From Candidatus Bathyarchaeota archaeon (lineage in GTDB: Archaea > Thermoproteota > Bathyarchaeia > Bathyarchaeales > Bathycorpusculaceae), in contig CAWFFH010000001.1 of the NCBI GenBank assembly GCA_963815095.1, forward strand, positions 1 to 64,000: a DNA stretch of 64,000 nt, in the 5' to 3' direction. Position 1 is the stretch's first letter. Each line of letters starts with the position of its first letter. Under the pieces are notes generated by a model. The model was not told where the DNA came from. It made no database searches and was given only the letters and a program-made list of their open reading frames with translations. Made by a program: the position numbers and the translations under genes. This document shows positions 60,565 to 64,000 of this stretch, piece by piece.

Positions 60565-61248
60565 TTACGCAGACATACGTGTGCCGCATTTTTTGCAAAA
60601 TGAAGCCTGCACTTTATTCTTGGCTCCGCAAGAACTGCAAGTTAACCCTGCAGAATTATCGTTTTCATCTTTTATTTTAATACCACAACTCTCATAGAAT
60701 ATGGCGTCAGCATCATTTTCTGAACCGCAATATTTGCACGCGAAAGGAGTCAATTCCGTATGCGGAGCCGTCAAAGTCAAATTGCCGATAATTGAGGTTT
60801 TACCTTTCAACTTTTCGATAGTTGGCAGTAAACTAGCAAGTTGCATAAACTGTTCTTGGTTGGGCGAGAATTTTGAAATACACTCTTTGCTTAAAATAAC
60901 AAACTTGGGTTTTTTCCCTAGAATTAACTTAATTTCCTCAATCTCTTCGTAAGTGTAAAAGCAGCTTTTTTTGCTAAGTTTTATTTTTTCGTCAAGAGGT
61001 AAACTGTTGATTTCTTCTTCTATTGTCTGCTTGTTTTTTCTTTGATCATCACTATTTATTGGTGCCTCAGGTGCAATTCCAAAAAGGAAAGAACGCTTCG
61101 GTGAAACGCCATTATCGAAACGTTTGCTGTGTCCCATGCAAACAATGGCAATTCGTTTGTCAGTAAAATAAACATCGTATCGGGTGGGTACGTCAAGCGG
61201 TATTAGAATGTCCTTGAGGACTCCAAGTTGGCGTTCAGAATCCGGCAT
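60565..61248 (-). CDS. Hypothetical protein with PH-like N-terminus and C-terminal double zinc ribbon
   Basis: VYFTDKRIAIV; CKYCGSEN...FYESCG; CSSCGAKN...FCKKCG. Confidence 0.75.
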   Translation of the reverse strand: MPDSERQLGVLKDILIPLDVPTRYDVYFTDKRIAIVCMGHSKRFDNGVSPKRSFLFGIAPEAPINSDDQRKNKQTIEEEINSLPLDEKIKLSKKSCFYTYEEIEEIKLILGKKPKFVILSKECISKFSPNQEQFMQLASLLPTIEKLKGKTSIIGNLTLTAPHTELTPFACKYCGSENDADAIFYESCGIKIKDENDNSAGLTCSSCGAKNKVQASFCKKCGTRMSA

Positions 61249-61370
61249 GGTTTAAGCCAATACAGATTGTACCTGCTATATTCTTAAGCTTTGTCAGGTT
61301 CGAAGGGCGGGTGTATTGTCTTCGCTTTTCCTGTAGGCATTCAAGCTTTCCTTATCCTTTCCTTGTGGTT

Positions 61371-62153
61371 CTAATTATAAGTCTTTAGACGGATGCTCTT
61401 TCGAAGAAGCAGTGACATGATCAATGGAATAATCACAAACAAAAGCAGAATTGCCAAAGGACTAAACTCTGGAACACTTGGAGAGGCAGGTATTGTTGGC
61501 TGAATAATTGGTTGAGTTGGATTCGCTGAGGGTGAAGTTCCAGGGATGGTAAAGGTTTGTACATTGCTCCAGTCGCTATCAACACTAGCCCAACCATGGA
61601 AAGGCAACAGTCCATAATAGTAAGTATAGTCGTAGCCTAAAGATGCCTGAACCCTGAAATCCATTGCTCCTCCAGCGGGAACAGCTCCAATGGGGATAGA
61701 AACTACAGTGTACTCAGAATTTGACGCTACAACGTCCGCTCCGATAAGCCCGTCTTCTCCTTCAACCCGAAAATAATCTTCAGGTTGAAAATGACCTTTA
61801 TCTTCAATAAAATATCTAAAAACTGCGACGTTTCCATTGTTAATTGTGGACGGGTAAGGTTGGTTTCTTATAGATACATCCACCGTGTAATTTTTGACAT
61901 TATATCCTGGAATTGTTGTTATTGTAACTTTACCAGTGAAGGGATCAGTTGAGGAAGTTGTTTTTGCTGGAACGTCATACTAGTGGTCAGCAAACGTCAG
62001 GGTGAATTGAGGAACTGACGGTTTAGGAATGTTAGGTTTAACTGTAGGTGCCTGAGGGTCAGCGCATGATGCCTCCAACAACATTAAACTTGAGACAGAA
62101 CAGATAACTGTAATGACAATAAGTACAGTTAAACCTTCGCTGAAACGTTTCAT
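61371..62153 (-). pseudogene. Secreted PEF-CTERM surface protein interrupted by an in-frame TAG (61980-61982)
   Basis: ATG 62153 signal peptide, IPKPSVPQFTLTFADH*YDVP, continuing in frame into ORF 61371..61883, which ends VPEFSPLAILLLFVIIPLIMSLLLRK. Confidence 0.75.
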
Positions 62154-62364
62154 GTTTGATTATTTAGAACCGTTTATATTAAAATGCTTATTGCAAACTA
62201 TTCTCTCTATCAACAATTAACAAACAACCCATGCAAGCGGTTATCAATCTTTAGCGCCTATTTTTTTTGAGTGTCGTGTGTTCTTCTGTTCTATGTATAT
62301 ATCTGCATGTTAACAACCATTAAGTACCACCTGATACTGAATCACTGTTCAAGAGGATACTTAC

Positions 62365-63015
62365 ATGTCTGAACATTTCGCAAAAAAATGGGAACAAAAA
62401 AGAGACGAAGGGCAATCATTTGGTAGAGCAATACGAGAAACAGTCCAGCCACCCCCAGCATTGAGGCCACGGTTAGATTCTGCCTGCAAACACCTCGAGC
62501 TGCAAATCAGCAAACTAGACCAAGCAAACGAACGCTTCCAACAAAAAGACAAAGCACTATTCTCCAAAATAGTTGACGCATACACCAAACATGATTCTGC
62601 TCACGCAAACATTTACTCAACCGAACTAGCCGAAATCCGCAAAATGTCAAAACTAATCATGAATGCAAGACTTGCACTAGACCAAGTAGCTCTAAGAATA
62701 CGCACTGTATCTGAACTTGGAGATGTCGTTGCAGCATTAGGTCCATGCGTTGGCGTACTGCGTAGCGTTAGCACAGGATTAGGCGGTGTTTTGCCAGAAG
62801 CAGAAGGCGAACTAGGCAACATCGGCAACATGCTAAGCGGCTTAATGTTTGATGCAGGTTCAAGCAGTGGAATGTCACTAAACTTTGACTCAGTAAACGA
62901 AGACGCCTCAAAAATCCTATCTGAAGCAGCGACCGTTGCAGAACAAAGAGTCAGCGCAAACTTCCCAGACCTGCCACCTGGAATGCCTGGTGCATCAAAT
63001 AAATCGAAAGCTTAA
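62365..63015 (+). CDS. cdvB: ESCRT-III / CdvB-family (Snf7) protein
   Basis: QISKLDQ...KDKALFSKIV...ANIYSTELAEIRK...LDQVALRI.TVSELGD...EDASKILSEA...FPDLP. Confidence 0.88.
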   Translation: MSEHFAKKWEQKRDEGQSFGRAIRETVQPPPALRPRLDSACKHLELQISKLDQANERFQQKDKALFSKIVDAYTKHDSAHANIYSTELAEIRKMSKLIMNARLALDQVALRIRTVSELGDVVAALGPCVGVLRSVSTGLGGVLPEAEGELGNIGNMLSGLMFDAGSSSGMSLNFDSVNEDASKILSEAATVAEQRVSANFPDLPPGMPGASNKSKA

Positions 63016-63029
63016 ACTCAATTAAGCAT

Positions 63030-63064
63030 TCTTCTCTTTACCTTTCTTTTTCTTTTCAACTTTT
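63030..63064 (+). terminator. T-rich archaeal terminator after cdvB
   Basis: TCTTCTCTTTACCTTTCTTTTTCTTTTC directly after the stop. Confidence 0.45.
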
Positions 63065-63391
63065 AAAAATATTTTAAGTTAAAAGTTTGAGTTGTTTCCC
63101 CAATATTCAGATTTCTTGTTATCGCTCAGAACAATGGTGATTAAAGATTTTTTGTATTACAGCGACGCTTTTGGGGTGGACTTTGGCAGTTACGAAGTAG
63201 TTATGGCGACAGCGGTAAATATGTATCAGACCTCAGAAAAACCCTATTGAAGTTTACACAATCCTGAGTTCAAATTTGTTGACTGACTCAAAAATCAATT
63301 TTGCAATACTGTTAGACTTTTTGATCATGCTGTTCTAATGACTGGACTTATATCTACCGTGTAGTCTTTATGGGTTGAGGGGGTTGACTGC

Positions 63392-63838
63392 TTGAATGGG
63401 AAGAATGAAACAGACCTTGAGTATGCACTTCGAGGCAAAGCATGGAAAGTCTACTGGTTCCTCCTAAAAACCGGCAACCCCGTTGGTGTCCGAGAGGTCC
63501 AACGCGCCCTGCATTTTAGCAGCCCCAGCATCGCCTTTCACCATTTAGAACAGCTACGCGATTTGGGTTTGGTTGAAAAACAGGAAATCGGCGGCCACTA
63601 TTTGTTGGTGGGTCAAGTAAAAATAGGTGTCCTTCGACATTACGTGAAGCTTGGGAAACTTTTGTTTCCACGGTTCTTCTTCTACGCCCTATTCTCAACC
63701 GTGTTCTATGCAGCTTATCTGTTGATTATAGTTAACAGTTTAACCCGTGATAACCTGTTCATAATTTCGTTTGGAGCAATCGTGTGCGCGATATTTTGGT
63801 ATGAAGCCTATCGTGTTTGGGAAATGAGACCATTCTAA
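63392..63838 (+). CDS. Membrane-anchored wHTH transcriptional regulator
   Basis: VGVREVQRALHFSSPSIAFHHLEQL..LGLV followed by two TM helices. Confidence 0.8.
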   Translation: MNGKNETDLEYALRGKAWKVYWFLLKTGNPVGVREVQRALHFSSPSIAFHHLEQLRDLGLVEKQEIGGHYLLVGQVKIGVLRHYVKLGKLLFPRFFFYALFSTVFYAAYLLIIVNSLTRDNLFIISFGAIVCAIFWYEAYRVWEMRPF

Positions 63839-63912
63839 TTGTTAGAACAGCCCGTTCGCATGCTTAGCATCAAATAAAAAGATAACATATCCATCTTAGG
63901 AGAAAAGAATGT

Positions 63913-64000
63913 ATGGTTCAAAAAGAAGTTAAGAAAAAAACAGTAATCTACGCTACAGCAGCAATCCTGATGGCGACAATTTTAATTTCTATGGTTTACA
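63913..64000 (+). CDS. Partial CDS, N-terminal signal/TM segment of a secreted protein
   Basis: MVQKEVKKKTVIYATAAILMATILISMVY, runs off the window. Confidence 0.55.
   Translation, partial: MVQKEVKKKTVIYATAAILMATILISMVY

Noticed and set aside
1-64000. CRISPR array or rRNA genes
   Set aside because: No regularly spaced direct repeats and no rRNA-like sequence seen by eye.

Overview
Archaeal genomic window, most likely Bathyarchaeia (inferred from the integrase style, CdvB/ESCRT-III, an EndA with a crenarchaeal-type loop, DGGGP synthase, an eL22-like protein and a large PQQ-propeller surface protein; not database-verified). (i) 1-3.0 kb is a mobile-element junction: a decayed tyrosine integrase, a 25-nt copy of a tRNA-Pro-like 5' end as putative att core, and a compact minus-strand operon of unannotated small Zn-finger genes leading into a wHTH/Rep-like gene. 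(ii) About 3-39 kb is an accessory region rich in ion, pH and osmotic homeostasis genes: ClC-CBS, an RCK channel with a non-canonical filter, two P3A H+-ATPases, an aquaporin, two CPA1 antiporters and CBS proteins. It also carries carbon-storage and compatible-solute genes: a YHS-fused glucan phosphorylase, a phosphomutase, gpgS/gpgP, a single-step glycosylglycerate synthase-like gene and glycerate kinase. (iii) About 39-64 kb is mostly housekeeping: GT4, pfkA, a two-intron tRNA-Tyr, SSB, malic enzyme, glyS, endA, NDP-sugar synthase, DGGGPS and cdvB. The best candidate for an undescribed system is an operon glgP(YHS)-pgm-H+-ATPase in which the pump carries a C-terminal DUF5752-like domain that also occurs as a free protein nearby. 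Other highlights not shown by the ORF track are a near-complete pentameric ligand-gated ion channel hidden by a frameshift, the double-intron tRNA-Tyr with overlapping BHB motifs, and a divergent eL22-like paralog. Many genes have single-base frameshifts, which may be assembly errors.
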